A DNA stretch of 64,000 bases from a bacterium (lineage in GTDB: Bacteria > Electryoneota > Electryoneia > Electryoneales > Electryoneaceae), in the NCBI GenBank assembly GCA_963669175.1, contig OY769902.1, forward strand, positions 2,944,001-3,008,000, written 5' to 3'. The position numbers and the translations under genes are program-made. Positions 10,301 to 19,615 of the stretch are shown here, piece by piece (within the stretch, counting starts at the first letter, position 1; every line of letters starts with the position of its first letter). The notes under the pieces are model-generated. The model ran no database searches and had not been told where the DNA came from. It worked only from the letters and a program-made list of their open reading frames with translations.

Positions 10301-10982
10301 GGCGGTCAGCAGTATGCACAACACGCTTATGCTGGCGTTGGATAAACTGAAGGATGCCCTGGAAGAGGTCAGTAGTCAGGACGATAAACTGGCCAAGACT
10401 ATCCGTACCATGATGCGTGTCATCGAAGATGCCAATAATGTTATTCACAATGGCACGGAACGGGTTACTACGATTGTCCGGCGTTTACGATCCTTCGCAC
10501 GTCTTGATGAAGCGGAACTGAAAGAGTGCAACATCCATGAAGGACTGGAGGATACACTGACCCTGGTCCATCATGAGATCAAGCATAATATCACTGTGAA
10601 CCGTGAGTTCGGTGATTTGCCGGAGCTGGCCTGTTTCCCTGGACAGATGAACCAGGTTTTCCTCAATATCCTGATCAATGCCAAGCAGGCGATCAAAGGC
10701 AAGGGTGAAATCACCATCAAGACCTGGACAGAGGGGAAACGCGCTTTCATTTCCTTTACCGACACTGGCGTAGGAATTGACACAAAGAACCTGGCCAAGA
10801 TTTTCGATCCCGGCTTCACAACCAAAGGCGTGGGCGTGGGAACAGGATTGGGGCTGTCCATTTGTTACCAGATCATGCGTGACCATCATGGCATGATTAC
10901 CGTGTCAAGTGAAGTAGGAAAGGGAACCACATTCACCTTGATGCTCCCAACCAACCTGGATGAAATCCTGGAAAATACCTGA
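7338..10982 (+). CDS. Multi-PAS/GAF sensor histidine kinase with degenerate N-terminal receiver-like domain (start uncertain)
   Basis: Several PAS/PAC units ending in DVTE/DITE/DITQ, a GAF-like segment, SEKMASLG..AGIAHEINTP H-box, and N/G1/F/G2 boxes. Confidence 0.93.
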   Translation: MYCSLSYIAPVSCVTGNSEPGKAPMYVMVQEQAGREGLFNLLSGSREYDNVVLFQEFPEGMPLFNEDPYKVVFLAFEPPYEDSLEIIRKLLEFKPGVAIVLVTTEDCPARVIVKAMSEGACSILFRPVKEQDVSELASVIRKWHKHHETTNEVQGRLEALIDTSPNLFIMIDNDNRFLYANSALTDYFDLRVDQVFGMNFDDFIEQTADYFESPELYRRILRQEDLSQFERSATDVIELTRSGIQKIRPSRQVLTFIPAPIESRSGELLGTVWSFIDVTEIRKSTELLRTMVEFSPIPAVVSRLEDGAILFANEPLANLIGVPADKIIGQKTPDYYTDERTRDRIKKILLEKGNVRNYEVQLNRADGKTLWMIFNLVKADLNGEEVIIGSLFNIEERKRAEDELRWERNFVNAVVDTAAALIVVMDQTGNVIRFNRTCEIISGYSAEEVVGREFFDLLLPKEEVKDVRRRFLEIVEGQVPKFGENHWITRDGEERLISWSNTVISDTQGMGTFIVAIGIDITEARIAEERLRLYHRIFQAANDGIMIADATGNVLEINPSQRERMGDITKKKNLHEKLDTESYLALHDAIEKEGEFHNELKIKTDEGCEATIDLSLFPIHDDEGEVQYYVGMGRDITQRRKDQETIAMRLRYEIGLAGCSQTLLETGEFRPVLTRAIQHLKSPTQVDRVLLQLFAQADSSPLAPDSPILIGDVDTLPDHGAEIVQFENPEMENCAALLSQKKPVFKTKDDSPAECAALLSENIQSVLLLPIFVDEKWVGVLRFEDQNPDAVWGDEELRMLQTAAQMIGGYLARRKAINALQFSEKRFRTLVENIKDLIFSLDAEGRISYLSPQFEVLTGFKVEDYIGKSSGDMLPDKMHKETHLAWIQLGAGLSGIPDENFEFKLATASGEEKWFVSHSSTLVDKDGKVLEIIGAAHEITTLKKMMEDLEKANLHLRETQGQLVQSEKMASLGMLVAGIAHEINTPIGAVSSMHNTLMLALDKLKDALEEVSSQDDKLAKTIRTMMRVIEDANNVIHNGTERVTTIVRRLRSFARLDEAELKECNIHEGLEDTLTLVHHEIKHNITVNREFGDLPELACFPGQMNQVFLNILINAKQAIKGKGEITIKTWTEGKRAFISFTDTGVGIDTKNLAKIFDPGFTTKGVGVGTGLGLSICYQIMRDHHGMITVSSEVGKGTTFTLMLPTNLDEILENT

Positions 10983-11009
10983 TTTTGCAGGTTAGCAGGT
11001 AGTTGTATT

Positions 11010-11317
11010 GCTGTTCTGGATTGTATTCCGTCATAATGGAGATTGTCGGGAAAAGGGGACGGGATCCTTTTCCTCACGCTTATACAGAATATTTCTGAAG
11101 TATTTCTGGAAAAGGAAACTGTCCCCTTTTCCGTGTAAGTCCTGCCTGCTCTAAAGAAAAAGGTTACAGCCACCTTTTCCGGTCCATGCTCACAGCGGGA
11201 AGGCTTTGCCCCAGGGAAAGGAAATTGTCCCCTTTTTCCATCTCCTTTTTTCCAACTAAATAATTGATCTTTCGCTGATATGCTACATGACCATATGACG
11301 GATTAATCATGGGAATG
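11010..11317 (+). repeat. MITE/REPIN-like element family B, full copy B1
   Basis: Homologous to 19742..19942 and, inverted, to 50993..51520. Four AAAAGG..AC(A/T/G)G..CCTTTT-type palindromes. Confidence 0.9.
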
Positions 11318-11484
11318 GCTTTGGTAAATCCCGAAAGTCCCTGCTGAAGCAGGCTGATTACTATTCAAATCAGCAAAAACTCTTGGAACTACTATATTCA
11401 TCTGAAGGCCCCAAGTACCCTCGAATACTGCATCTCGTGTATTGCTAGAAGCCATTTTCCATATCCAATCCTTATATTGTTGAC

Positions 11485-13554
11485 TTGAAAGGGGTTGGAA
11501 ACGTGGAAACCGAAAACTCGGAATATGACTTTCGAAACCAGGGGCGTTCCCCGGCAAAGCTGAGCGGCGTCCTTCTTGCCGGGTTTGCTGTCCCTTATCT
11601 GATCAGTGGAATTCTAAACACCTTCATTGTAGCCCATTGGAATACTTACACAATTATTACCGTTGCCCTGACTTCGCTATTCTTTCTTCTTTCCGGATGC
11701 CTTGTCCCAAAATCCCCTGTGCTGGGTAGAGTTGTTGGCATCGCAGGTTTGGCGGGAGTGGTTGCCCTGTCAATCGGGCATCTGCTGATAAGTCCCGGAC
11801 TATCGCTGGCGCTGGCAATCGTTGTCGTAGGATCGATAGCTCATTTTGTCAGCGCCACAACGAAACCTGCTCCGATACAACATGACGCTGATTTTGTCTA
11901 CTTCCGTGTACGGAGTGCGATCTTGACAACAATCGGGATCGGGTTGTTTTCCGTGATGTTCCTGGCCTGTTGTTACCTGGCGTCTTTGATACCGGTATTG
12001 ATCAGTACCGCTGTGGTTTACCTGCTGATACTGCACTCGTTGATAAGGAAATCCGGCGAACGCAATGGGCGATGGTATTTTCTTGTTATCAGTCTTGTCG
12101 TTGCGTCAATAACAGGATCATTCTTCTTGTCGTTCCCCGTTGTTGCGCTGAGTATATTTCAAGTTCCATTGTTTGCTTATTTCCTGTTGGAACGAGTTCC
12201 AGCCAGGATGCAAATATCGCATTCGTGGTGGGAGCCTGTGTTTGAACGTCCGGGCAGGTTGCTGATCGGGACGTTTGCGGTTCTTTGTTTCGTTGGGGCA
12301 ATCCTGTTGAATCTTCCTGCGGCTTCGGCGCACAATGAAGAGATTCATATTCTTGATGCTGTTTTTACTGCGGTTAGCGCTGTATGCGTTACAGGCCTGA
12401 TTGTTCTGGACACTCCGCATGACTTCTCCCTGTTCGGACAGGTGATTATCCTGATCCTGATTCAGATTGGCGGCTTGGGAATTATGACGTTTTCCACTGC
12501 GGCGATTCGCGCATTGGGGAAGAGGATGGGGGTCAGGTATGAGGCTGCTGTCGCCAGCCTGATCAGCCAGCAGGATCGAAGCAAGCTGTACAGCGCGGCC
12601 AAGACGATTATACTCCTGACGTTCCTGTCCGAGTTCGTTGGAGCGCTTCTCCTGGCTATTGGTTTCCTCGTAGAAGGGGATACGGTATTACAAGCGGTTT
12701 GGCGCGGGTTATTCACCTCCGTTTCCGCTTTTTGTAACGCAGGATTCGCACTGCAATCGGATAGCCTCATCCCATACAACACCAATCCGCTGATTCTGCA
12801 AACCGTTAGCGTCCTGATTATTCTTGGGGGGCTTTCGCCAGTGGCTGTAGTGGCTATCCCGGCATTGGTATCAAGGCATCGGCACCAGGTATCCGTGCAG
12901 GCAAAACTGGCGCTTGTTGTATCCCTGATTTTACTCGTGGCCGGATTCTTCTTCTTTTTTATGGTTGAGTATGCCAACACGCTGTCCGGATTACCGCTGT
13001 TACAGAAAATCGGGAACGCCTGGTTTCAATCGGTGACACTCAGAACGGCGGGATTCAATTCAATTGACATCGCCAAAACCTATCCGGCCACGCAGTTCAT
13101 CATGATGATCTGGATGTTCATCGGTGGTAGTCCGGGCGGTACCGCGGGCGGGATAAAAACGACTACCATTGCTGTTGTCCTGCTGGCTGCAATCAACGCG
13201 GCTCGTGGACGAAGCGCGATAAACATTTTCCGTAAACGAATTCCCCTACAGACATTATATAAAGCTCTGGCCATAACCACGCTGGGGAGTCTGGGAGTGA
13301 TCGCGGGTATAATAGCAATGCAGGTTACGCAACCCATTCCGGCCCACGCGATTGTGTTTGAGGTTCTTTCTGCAACAGGAACCGTAGGCCTGACTGTTGG
13401 TGCAACATCACAGTTGGATGGAATCGGAAAGATTATCATTATTGCCTGTATGTTTGTGGGACGTGTCGGCACGCTGACATTCTTTGTCTTTCTGACCGAC
13501 CGTGTAAGCCCAAAAGTGTTGAAACGTCCGGAAGAAGAAGTGGACGTTGGGTAG
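11485..13554 (+). CDS. ktrB: TrkH/KtrB-family K+ uptake membrane subunit with long N-terminal membrane extension
   Basis: Pore-loop motifs SAVCVTGL, QIGGLG, SAFCNAGF, RTAGF, MFIGGSPGGTAGGIKTTT, SATGTVGL and MFVGRVG. Confidence 0.92.
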   Translation: MKGVGNVETENSEYDFRNQGRSPAKLSGVLLAGFAVPYLISGILNTFIVAHWNTYTIITVALTSLFFLLSGCLVPKSPVLGRVVGIAGLAGVVALSIGHLLISPGLSLALAIVVVGSIAHFVSATTKPAPIQHDADFVYFRVRSAILTTIGIGLFSVMFLACCYLASLIPVLISTAVVYLLILHSLIRKSGERNGRWYFLVISLVVASITGSFFLSFPVVALSIFQVPLFAYFLLERVPARMQISHSWWEPVFERPGRLLIGTFAVLCFVGAILLNLPAASAHNEEIHILDAVFTAVSAVCVTGLIVLDTPHDFSLFGQVIILILIQIGGLGIMTFSTAAIRALGKRMGVRYEAAVASLISQQDRSKLYSAAKTIILLTFLSEFVGALLLAIGFLVEGDTVLQAVWRGLFTSVSAFCNAGFALQSDSLIPYNTNPLILQTVSVLIILGGLSPVAVVAIPALVSRHRHQVSVQAKLALVVSLILLVAGFFFFFMVEYANTLSGLPLLQKIGNAWFQSVTLRTAGFNSIDIAKTYPATQFIMMIWMFIGGSPGGTAGGIKTTTIAVVLLAAINAARGRSAINIFRKRIPLQTLYKALAITTLGSLGVIAGIIAMQVTQPIPAHAIVFEVLSATGTVGLTVGATSQLDGIGKIIIIACMFVGRVGTLTFFVFLTDRVSPKVLKRPEEEVDVG

Positions 13555-13570
13555 AGAGTGGGGTGTTGTG

Positions 13571-14230
13571 ATGAAAAAACAGGCTATTGTCATAGGCTTG
13601 GGCAACTTCGGGATGTCGTTGGCACGTTCGCTGTCCGAGCGTGGTGTGGAAGTGCTGGCGATTGACGACCGTGAAGATCATGTTCATATCGCTGCGGGGT
13701 TTGTCGCGGAGGCGCTGTGTTTTGATGCCACAGAGGAGGAAGCGCTTGCGAAAACACTGCCCGGCAAACGTGATGTCTGTATCTGCGCGATGGGCAATGA
13801 ATCCCGGGAAGCATCGATTATCTGCACTGCACTGCTGCGTCAACTTGGCGCTTTACGTGTAATAGCACGAGCCAATGACATGGTCCATGCACGTATCCTG
13901 ACCCTGGTCGGGGCGCACCGAATTATTAACCCTGAAAAAGAGTTCGGGGAACGCTTTGCCAACCAGATTATCTACGATAATATCAAGGCGGAAATGACAC
14001 TCGGAGAAGGGATTCTGATCACAGAGGCAAAAGCGCCCAGCTCTTTCATTGGCAAAGATCTGAACCACCTCCAGTTACCTAACCGGTTTAACCTGACTGT
14101 GGTAGCGGTAAGACGTGCCAAATCCGGTGAAGTGATCCTGCCCAGTCCTAAACTTGTCATCGAAGAAGATGATTTTCTTGTTGTGGTATCCAAGGAAGGC
14201 GCTGTGCTTGAAATGATGGCAAGGAGCTGA
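13571..14230 (+). CDS. ktrA: TrkA/KtrA RCK regulatory subunit
   Basis: VIGLGNFG Rossmann motif, GAHRIINPE, and a C-terminal RCK_C domain; directly follows ktrB. Confidence 0.92.
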   Translation: MKKQAIVIGLGNFGMSLARSLSERGVEVLAIDDREDHVHIAAGFVAEALCFDATEEEALAKTLPGKRDVCICAMGNESREASIICTALLRQLGALRVIARANDMVHARILTLVGAHRIINPEKEFGERFANQIIYDNIKAEMTLGEGILITEAKAPSSFIGKDLNHLQLPNRFNLTVVAVRRAKSGEVILPSPKLVIEEDDFLVVVSKEGAVLEMMARS

Positions 14231-14232
14231 TC

Positions 14233-14922
14233 ATGCGAATTCAACAATATCTGAACCTGATTGTCGGCTCGCTGGTGCTACTGAACATTTTACTGGCATT
14301 TGGTGCGATCGGCCTGCTGGTACGTATGGAACCGGCCATCGAAAGAATTCTTGAAGAGAATGTCTATTCTACTGTCGCTGCTGAAGAAATCCTTGCGGAA
14401 ATCGCTGCGCAAGAAGGAAACGAGTTTTCCGTATCCAGCCTTGAACGAATAGATAATGCCTTGAACCGTGCGAAAGTGAATATCACCGAAGATGATGAGA
14501 TCCCGGTTCTGGACCGCATCGAAAAAAACCTGGAAGCCTATCAGAATAGTAAACCCCAGGCAAGGAGAGCTCTAATAGATGACCTGTTATTACTAATAGA
14601 AATCAACAGGAAGGCGATGCACCGTGTTGACCAGGACGCGAAAAGACTTAGTATGGCCGGCGCCTGGGCAGCGGCGTTCATCGGCTTTGTGTCTTTTGTC
14701 GTAAGTCTGCTAATTATCAGGCAACTGCGGATTCGGATCGTTTCCCCGATTGTTGAACTTTATACCGTGCTGGAAAGCAATCGACGTGGTGATCATTTTC
14801 GCCGGTGTAACTCAAAGCAGGCTTCACCTGAAATCCAGCAGATTCACTATTCCATCAACAGGTTGCTGGACGAGAGGATTGCTTTCGAGCGACCGGAGGA
14901 AATCGGAAAAGGAGTGGAATGA
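14233..14922 (+). CDS. Membrane protein with periplasmic four-helix-bundle sensor and HAMP-like tail, no output domain
   Basis: TM1, ILEENVYS...NITE..E helical domain, TM2, then IVSPI...EI..I...IN.LL; stops after the HAMP-like region. Confidence 0.7.
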   Translation: MRIQQYLNLIVGSLVLLNILLAFGAIGLLVRMEPAIERILEENVYSTVAAEEILAEIAAQEGNEFSVSSLERIDNALNRAKVNITEDDEIPVLDRIEKNLEAYQNSKPQARRALIDDLLLLIEINRKAMHRVDQDAKRLSMAGAWAAAFIGFVSFVVSLLIIRQLRIRIVSPIVELYTVLESNRRGDHFRRCNSKQASPEIQQIHYSINRLLDERIAFERPEEIGKGVE

Positions 14923-14944
14923 CAGGGCATAACTTGCCAGGGTA

Positions 14945-15307
14945 TCACCGTGGACGAAATGCGTCAATCATGTGTGTGACAACAGGTTCAGGTTCCATTA
15001 CAACCAGGCAGATATCATAACGCAGGGTTGGAAGCGGTTCGGGAAGACGGTTTAACAGGACATTCCCCAGGCGGATCAGTTGTTTTTGCTTGGATGGGGG
15101 AACACGGTCGAATCTATCCAGGCTTTCCCGATTGGAGACAGTGCGCACTTCAACAATGACCAGTTCGTCACCGTCACGCATCAACAGGTCAATCTCGCCC
15201 TGTTTGAATCGAAGGTTACGTTCCAGCAGTTTCATCTTTGCCTTCTTACGAAGGTATTTCTCTGCCAGTTTTTCGCCCTTCTGACCGATGTTTTTTCGTT
15301 CGTCCAC
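14945..15307 (-). CDS. yraN: YraN/UPF0102 family endonuclease-like protein
   Basis: G..GE.LA..YL, LERN.R...GEIDL, LVIVEVR, RYD and DAF motifs. Confidence 0.9.
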   Translation of the reverse strand: MDERKNIGQKGEKLAEKYLRKKAKMKLLERNLRFKQGEIDLLMRDGDELVIVEVRTVSNRESLDRFDRVPPSKQKQLIRLGNVLLNRLPEPLPTLRYDICLVVMEPEPVVTHMIDAFRPR

Positions 15308-15365
15308 GTTTTATATCCGTTGGATGTTAAGAACCTTGGATGATCTTCCTGAACCCGAAATGGTG

Positions 15366-15451
15366 CCACCTCTTCAGGGTGGAGGTTACAAGATTATTCC
15401 GTTTCCCGTGGCTTACGCCACGCGCTATTCATGTGTCGCCCCTTCGGGGCT
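15366..15451. repeat. REP-like hairpin cluster (family D arm)
   Basis: TTTCCCGTGGCTTACGCCACGCGCTATTC and GCCCCTTCGGGGC resemble 5578..5624. Confidence 0.7.
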
Positions 15452-15658
15452 TTTAAGATGGTTTAAATAATATTTAAATAAAATAATATTGATGGTAAGT
15501 AGTATAATAAGTGATATAATATATGGTACGATATTTGATATAATATGTGGTAATAGTAATTGTAATATAATATTATTTTTGTAATATAATGTGTAAATAT
15601 TTAATGGTATCTATTGCATAGTAATAGGGGTACTCAATAGATTATAATTCTTATAATG

Positions 15659-17119
15659 CTCGGTTTTGCTCATTTTAGCGGATCAAGCGGCTTTGTGAAT
15701 AAGGAATTTAAGGATATTGCTTTTCTTTTTTAAGAATCCGCGTGGCTGCTTGCATTCGGGAAAAATCGCCTGCATCCACAATTCAGCACGCAATGCCTGA
15801 TGCACGTCTGAGAAACTGGGTTCCAGTTTTGTGTACCACTCTGTTTGCGCAACAGCTTTCTGCTCTGGCTGCTGACTATACCAAACAACCATCAGACTGA
15901 ACAAGCCAAACAGCAGGGGCACTGTTCTTTGAATCGATTTTTTTGACCAGTTTTCTGTCGTTTCGATACGCAGATGTTTCCGTGACTCTTCAAACGTGGT
16001 TTCCAACGCCCATCGTCGTACATATGAGCTGACAACCTGGGCCGGGGTTAAGTCTGTTTTGGATGTAGATAAGACAATGTCCTTGTTTTTGCCGTCGGGA
16101 TCACGCGCCACCACCCAGCGTATCAGGACAACATCTTCCCCGGAACGGTACCAGCAGCCAACACCGGAAAGCAGCAACAGGTCTTTTGTCTTGTTCCCAT
16201 ACCAGAGGCAAGACGCTTTTTCCCAGGCAGCATCCGGCTTTTTCGCCTCTTGTCCCGGTGCGGGCAAACGGTCACCGACTTTGCGCGGACGTCCACGTTT
16301 CCCGTTCGGTGGAGGCGGCGGATCATGCAGCACCGTATCCATACGCGAATGCCCGATGATAGCAAGACGGTTCTCTTTCGCCACGAAACGGTGAAGTTCG
16401 TGGGAGTTCAACGTACCGTCGGCAAGGATAAGGAAACGGCGGTCCGGGAACCATCGAAGCAGCAGACGCGCCCCGAGAATGATCAGGTGTACAGGACTGC
16501 GGTACTTCGATTCCGGAACACGCTTTTTGGCGATCTCCGGAAACACGAATACAGGAAGCGCCCAGATCTGCGAACGATAACGGGTGCGCAAACCAATCGA
16601 AATCACCATCCATTGAAGACCGCGAGCATAAACGACTTTTGTCCCTGCTTTGCCCGAACGGACGGGATCGCGGTGAACGGATATCTGGTAAACATGCTTT
16701 CCCCAACGACGGATCAGGGTATCATCCACGATCAGAAGGATCGGATCACGTTCGGCAATCTGATCAAGTATCAAAGAGCAGAGAATCTTTGCCAGTTTCA
16801 GGGCGGACCAGTTGGCAGACGAAAGAAAATGGTGATAACAAGACCAACTCTTCGCTACCGGTCCGGGAAATACACGTAATAACTGACAGACTGTCTGACG
16901 ACCGAAATTCAATACAGCGCCGATAGCCAACAGTACAAAATTCTCATAAACAGGCTTCCGAAACACCGGACGAAAACTTGCAAGTAACTCAAAAAATGAC
17001 GATGTTATGACAGGCATGGTTATCTCCTTTACAACTGAAGAGATTTGGCGTCTTCTTGGTTGTAAAATGAACCATGCCTTTTACTTTTTGCAAGACCTGA
17101 GTAATTCAACAAAACCGAG
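15659..17119 (-). mobile_element. Intact 1461-bp insertion sequence (IS701-like DDE), 7-bp target duplication
   Basis: Terminal inverted repeats CTCGGTTTTG...CAAAACCGAG. TATAATG flanks both sides (15652-15658 and 17120-17126). Confidence 0.9.
15683..17017 (-). CDS. DDE transposase (IS701-like/IS4 superfamily)
   Basis: LIVDDT, LILADG and Y..RWALE..F.E.R catalytic motifs; N-terminal YHHFLS.A.W; fills the element. Confidence 0.9.
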   Translation of the reverse strand: MPVITSSFFELLASFRPVFRKPVYENFVLLAIGAVLNFGRQTVCQLLRVFPGPVAKSWSCYHHFLSSANWSALKLAKILCSLILDQIAERDPILLIVDDTLIRRWGKHVYQISVHRDPVRSGKAGTKVVYARGLQWMVISIGLRTRYRSQIWALPVFVFPEIAKKRVPESKYRSPVHLIILGARLLLRWFPDRRFLILADGTLNSHELHRFVAKENRLAIIGHSRMDTVLHDPPPPPNGKRGRPRKVGDRLPAPGQEAKKPDAAWEKASCLWYGNKTKDLLLLSGVGCWYRSGEDVVLIRWVVARDPDGKNKDIVLSTSKTDLTPAQVVSSYVRRWALETTFEESRKHLRIETTENWSKKSIQRTVPLLFGLFSLMVVWYSQQPEQKAVAQTEWYTKLEPSFSDVHQALRAELWMQAIFPECKQPRGFLKKKSNILKFLIHKAA

Positions 17120-17160
17120 TATAATGGTTCCCGAAAGTATTTGCTGATTCAACAATTATC

Positions 17161-17364
17161 AGCCTGCTTCAGCAGGCTCCTCTTAGCACCCGGCTTCAGC
17201 CGGGGTGTAAAGGTGATGGCAATCATTCTGAGCGCGCTTTAGCGTGCTTGCCTGTTACAAATTCTGGGGCCGGAAAGCACCCTGAAGGGCGCTCACCACT
17301 TCTTTATAACCATGAACACCCCGGCTGAAGCCGGGTGCTAAAAAGAGCAGGCTAAAGCCTGCTA
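17161..17364. repeat. REPIN-like inverted REP cluster (family E)
   Basis: Perfect 26-bp inverted repeat at 17183..17208 / 17316..17341 containing CCCGGCTTCAGCCGGG, plus an AGCCTGCTTCAGCAGGCT palindrome. A partial inverted copy lies at 11341..11396. Confidence 0.85.
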
Positions 17365-17506
17365 AAACTACCAGATAGCAGATTGAAGCAATTACAGTCC
17401 AGTAAAGCCTCCATTTGGGAGGAGTTTCACTATGACAAGTATGCGAACAACAGAAACCCTACAACCAGTTTGAAACAGCAAGAATTTTCGAGAAACCCTA
17501 AAATTT

Positions 17507-17597
17507 TTAATTTTTAATTCTTAATTCTTAATTCTTAATTCTTAATTCTTAATTCTTAATTCTTAATTCTTAATTCCTAATTCCTAATTCCTAATTC
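17507..17597. repeat. Heptamer tandem repeat (TTAATTC)9(CTAATTC)3
   Basis: Counted directly at 17514..17597, plus one degenerate unit before it. The last unit contains the pgpA stop codon. Confidence 0.95.
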
Positions 17598-18130
17598 TTG
17601 AAGATTCCTGCAAGTTTCATCAGCCCGAACAGGCTCAATCGTGCCAGGATTCCCGCCGCTGTATCATCGAGTGTCACTCCCCAGCCGCCGGGCAGGGATT
17701 CGACATGCTTTCGAATCAGGGGTAGTTTCCAGGCGTCAAAGAACCGGAACAGGGCAAAGGCAGCGAGCATGGGCAACGGTTTCCGTGGGATACCCAGCAA
17801 AGCGATAGCCTGACCGGCGAACTCGTCAATCGTTACACGTCCCGGGTCCGGTCCCCACATACGTTCGCCCCAGGCAGAAGTAGGGACGCTTATCACATGC
17901 ATCAGGAGCATGGTGAACCATTCCGCTTTACGATTCTTCGGAACAAACAGCCACCACAATAGGAGGAATAAGGCGCTGCCTGCAGTTCCCTGTCCCTTCG
18001 GTACATAGCCGGTTCCCAGCCCGGTTCCCAGTATGCAGGTCAATCGTTGCGCCCAGCATGGTGGAGGTGTGCCGACAGGTTCCCCGGTGATTCCGGATTT
18101 TGTTACACTCTTCTTATGTTGATCAGCCAT
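17591..18130 (-). CDS. pgpA: Phosphatidylglycerophosphatase A
   Basis: G.G..PKGQGT.GS, DPGRVTIDEFAGQ, F.LFRFFD.WK and GWGVTLDD..AG motifs. Confidence 0.92.
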   Translation of the reverse strand: MADQHKKSVTKSGITGEPVGTPPPCWAQRLTCILGTGLGTGYVPKGQGTAGSALFLLLWWLFVPKNRKAEWFTMLLMHVISVPTSAWGERMWGPDPGRVTIDEFAGQAIALLGIPRKPLPMLAAFALFRFFDAWKLPLIRKHVESLPGGWGVTLDDTAAGILARLSLFGLMKLAGIFKN

Positions 18131-18145
18131 GGCTAACCTTTGGTG

Positions 18146-18592
18146 TTAATCGTTCAGGTATTTTTCCGGATCGTACTTCATCATCAGGTCGGAGGCTGGC
18201 GTGTAGGGACCAAAGCCATAGCGTTCATACAGGGAGTGCGCATCGTCTGTAGCCAGCATCCAGCGTCGCACCGGTTTGAACTGTGGATAGTCAAGAATAG
18301 TTTCGACCAGCCATTTGCCGAGTCCCTGTCCACGGTATTCCTTCAACACAAACACATCCATCAGGTAGGCGATAGCGCTGAGGTCGGACAGCACCCGTGC
18401 AAATCCGATCATTCGGTCTCCCTCGAACAGGCCGAAGGAAAAGGAATGATCAATCGAACGCTGCACTCGTTCACGCTTAATTCCCTTTGCCCAGTAGCTT
18501 TGCGTGAGAAAAGCATGCACAACATCGGTGTCAATCCGGGTTCGATCATCCGAGATGGAATAGGCGTCCCGAATGGAAATATCTTCTGCCAT
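18146..18592 (-). CDS. GNAT family N-acetyltransferase
   Basis: SYWA, IGFARV, YLMDVFV...YRGQGLGK and LAT.DAH.LYE.YGF motifs. Confidence 0.92.
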   Translation of the reverse strand: MAEDISIRDAYSISDDRTRIDTDVVHAFLTQSYWAKGIKRERVQRSIDHSFSFGLFEGDRMIGFARVLSDLSAIAYLMDVFVLKEYRGQGLGKWLVETILDYPQFKPVRRWMLATDDAHSLYERYGFGPYTPASDLMMKYDPEKYLND

Positions 18593-18732
18593 GACTTCTC
18601 CAACCGTTTTTGATCTTGTACATTACAAAAGAATTGCCTTGTATTGAAAGGGGAGGCGGTGCTCTTTCCTCGACAAACAGCAAATGCGACATTACAGCGC
18701 AGGCAGTCGATGTAAACTGGATGGGGGATGGC

Positions 18733-19536
18733 ATGAAGTTGAAAGCGAAATATGGTGACTGGGCGTTGATCACTGGCGCGTCTTCCGGGATCGGGATGGC
18801 GTATGCACGTGCGCTGGCGAAACAACGTATCAACCTGATTCTGGTAGCGAGGCGACGCAACCGACTGGAGACACTTGCGCTTGGTCTGCAAAGTCGCCAC
18901 AGAATCCAGGTGGTCACTATAGTCGCGGACTTGTCCAAGGATGATTTTATTGAGAAAATCATGCGACGTGTCAGCGATAAGAATATCGGCATGTTGATTC
19001 ATTCTGCCGGCTTCGGCAACAGCCAGTTTTTCCATCAGGCCAATCTCAAGAAAGAAGCGGATATGGTGCGGGTCAATTGCCTCGCGCTGGTTCGACTGAC
19101 CCGTTACCTGGTACGTCCCATGGTGCGTCGTCGTCGTGGCGCTGTCATCTTCGTCAGCTCCATCGCGGCCGCTCAACCCATGCCGAAAATGGCGACCTAT
19201 GCGGCTACGAAAGCCTTTGTGCAGGCGTTGGGTGAAGGGTTGGCCTTTGAATTAAAACGGTCCGGTGTGGATGTGCTTACGGTGCAGCCGGGACTTACCG
19301 CGACTGAATTCCAGAAGAAATCAGGTTTGAAGAAGGTCAGCCACACGATCTATGCTCGCAGTCCCGAGCAGGTTGTGGCAACTTCAATGGCACACCTGGG
19401 GAAAAAGCAGGTCGTTGTTGACGGATGGTTGAATAAGGTTACAGTGTGGGGTGCACGCATTGGCCCACGTAACTATGTGAAACGGATTGCCTACCTGTGG
19501 GTTCGTGTCTTCGGAGAGATCCGTTTCAAAGGGTAG
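18733..19536 (+). CDS. Short-chain dehydrogenase/reductase
   Basis: TGASSGIG, SAG, SS and YAATK motifs; likely start ATG 18733. Confidence 0.93.
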   Translation: MKLKAKYGDWALITGASSGIGMAYARALAKQRINLILVARRRNRLETLALGLQSRHRIQVVTIVADLSKDDFIEKIMRRVSDKNIGMLIHSAGFGNSQFFHQANLKKEADMVRVNCLALVRLTRYLVRPMVRRRRGAVIFVSSIAAAQPMPKMATYAATKAFVQALGEGLAFELKRSGVDVLTVQPGLTATEFQKKSGLKKVSHTIYARSPEQVVATSMAHLGKKQVVVDGWLNKVTVWGARIGPRNYVKRIAYLWVRVFGEIRFKG

Positions 19537-19554
19537 GTTACAATGGAATGTATT

Positions 19555-19615
19555 CAAAGGATGAATGTATTTACAGGATGAACAGGATAAGAAGGATATT
19601 CAGGATGACAAGATA
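19555..19615 (+). repeat. Degenerate nonamer tandem repeat (approx. ACAGGATGA)
   Basis: TTACAGGATGAACAGGATAAGAAGGATATTCAGGATGACAAGAT. Confidence 0.55.
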
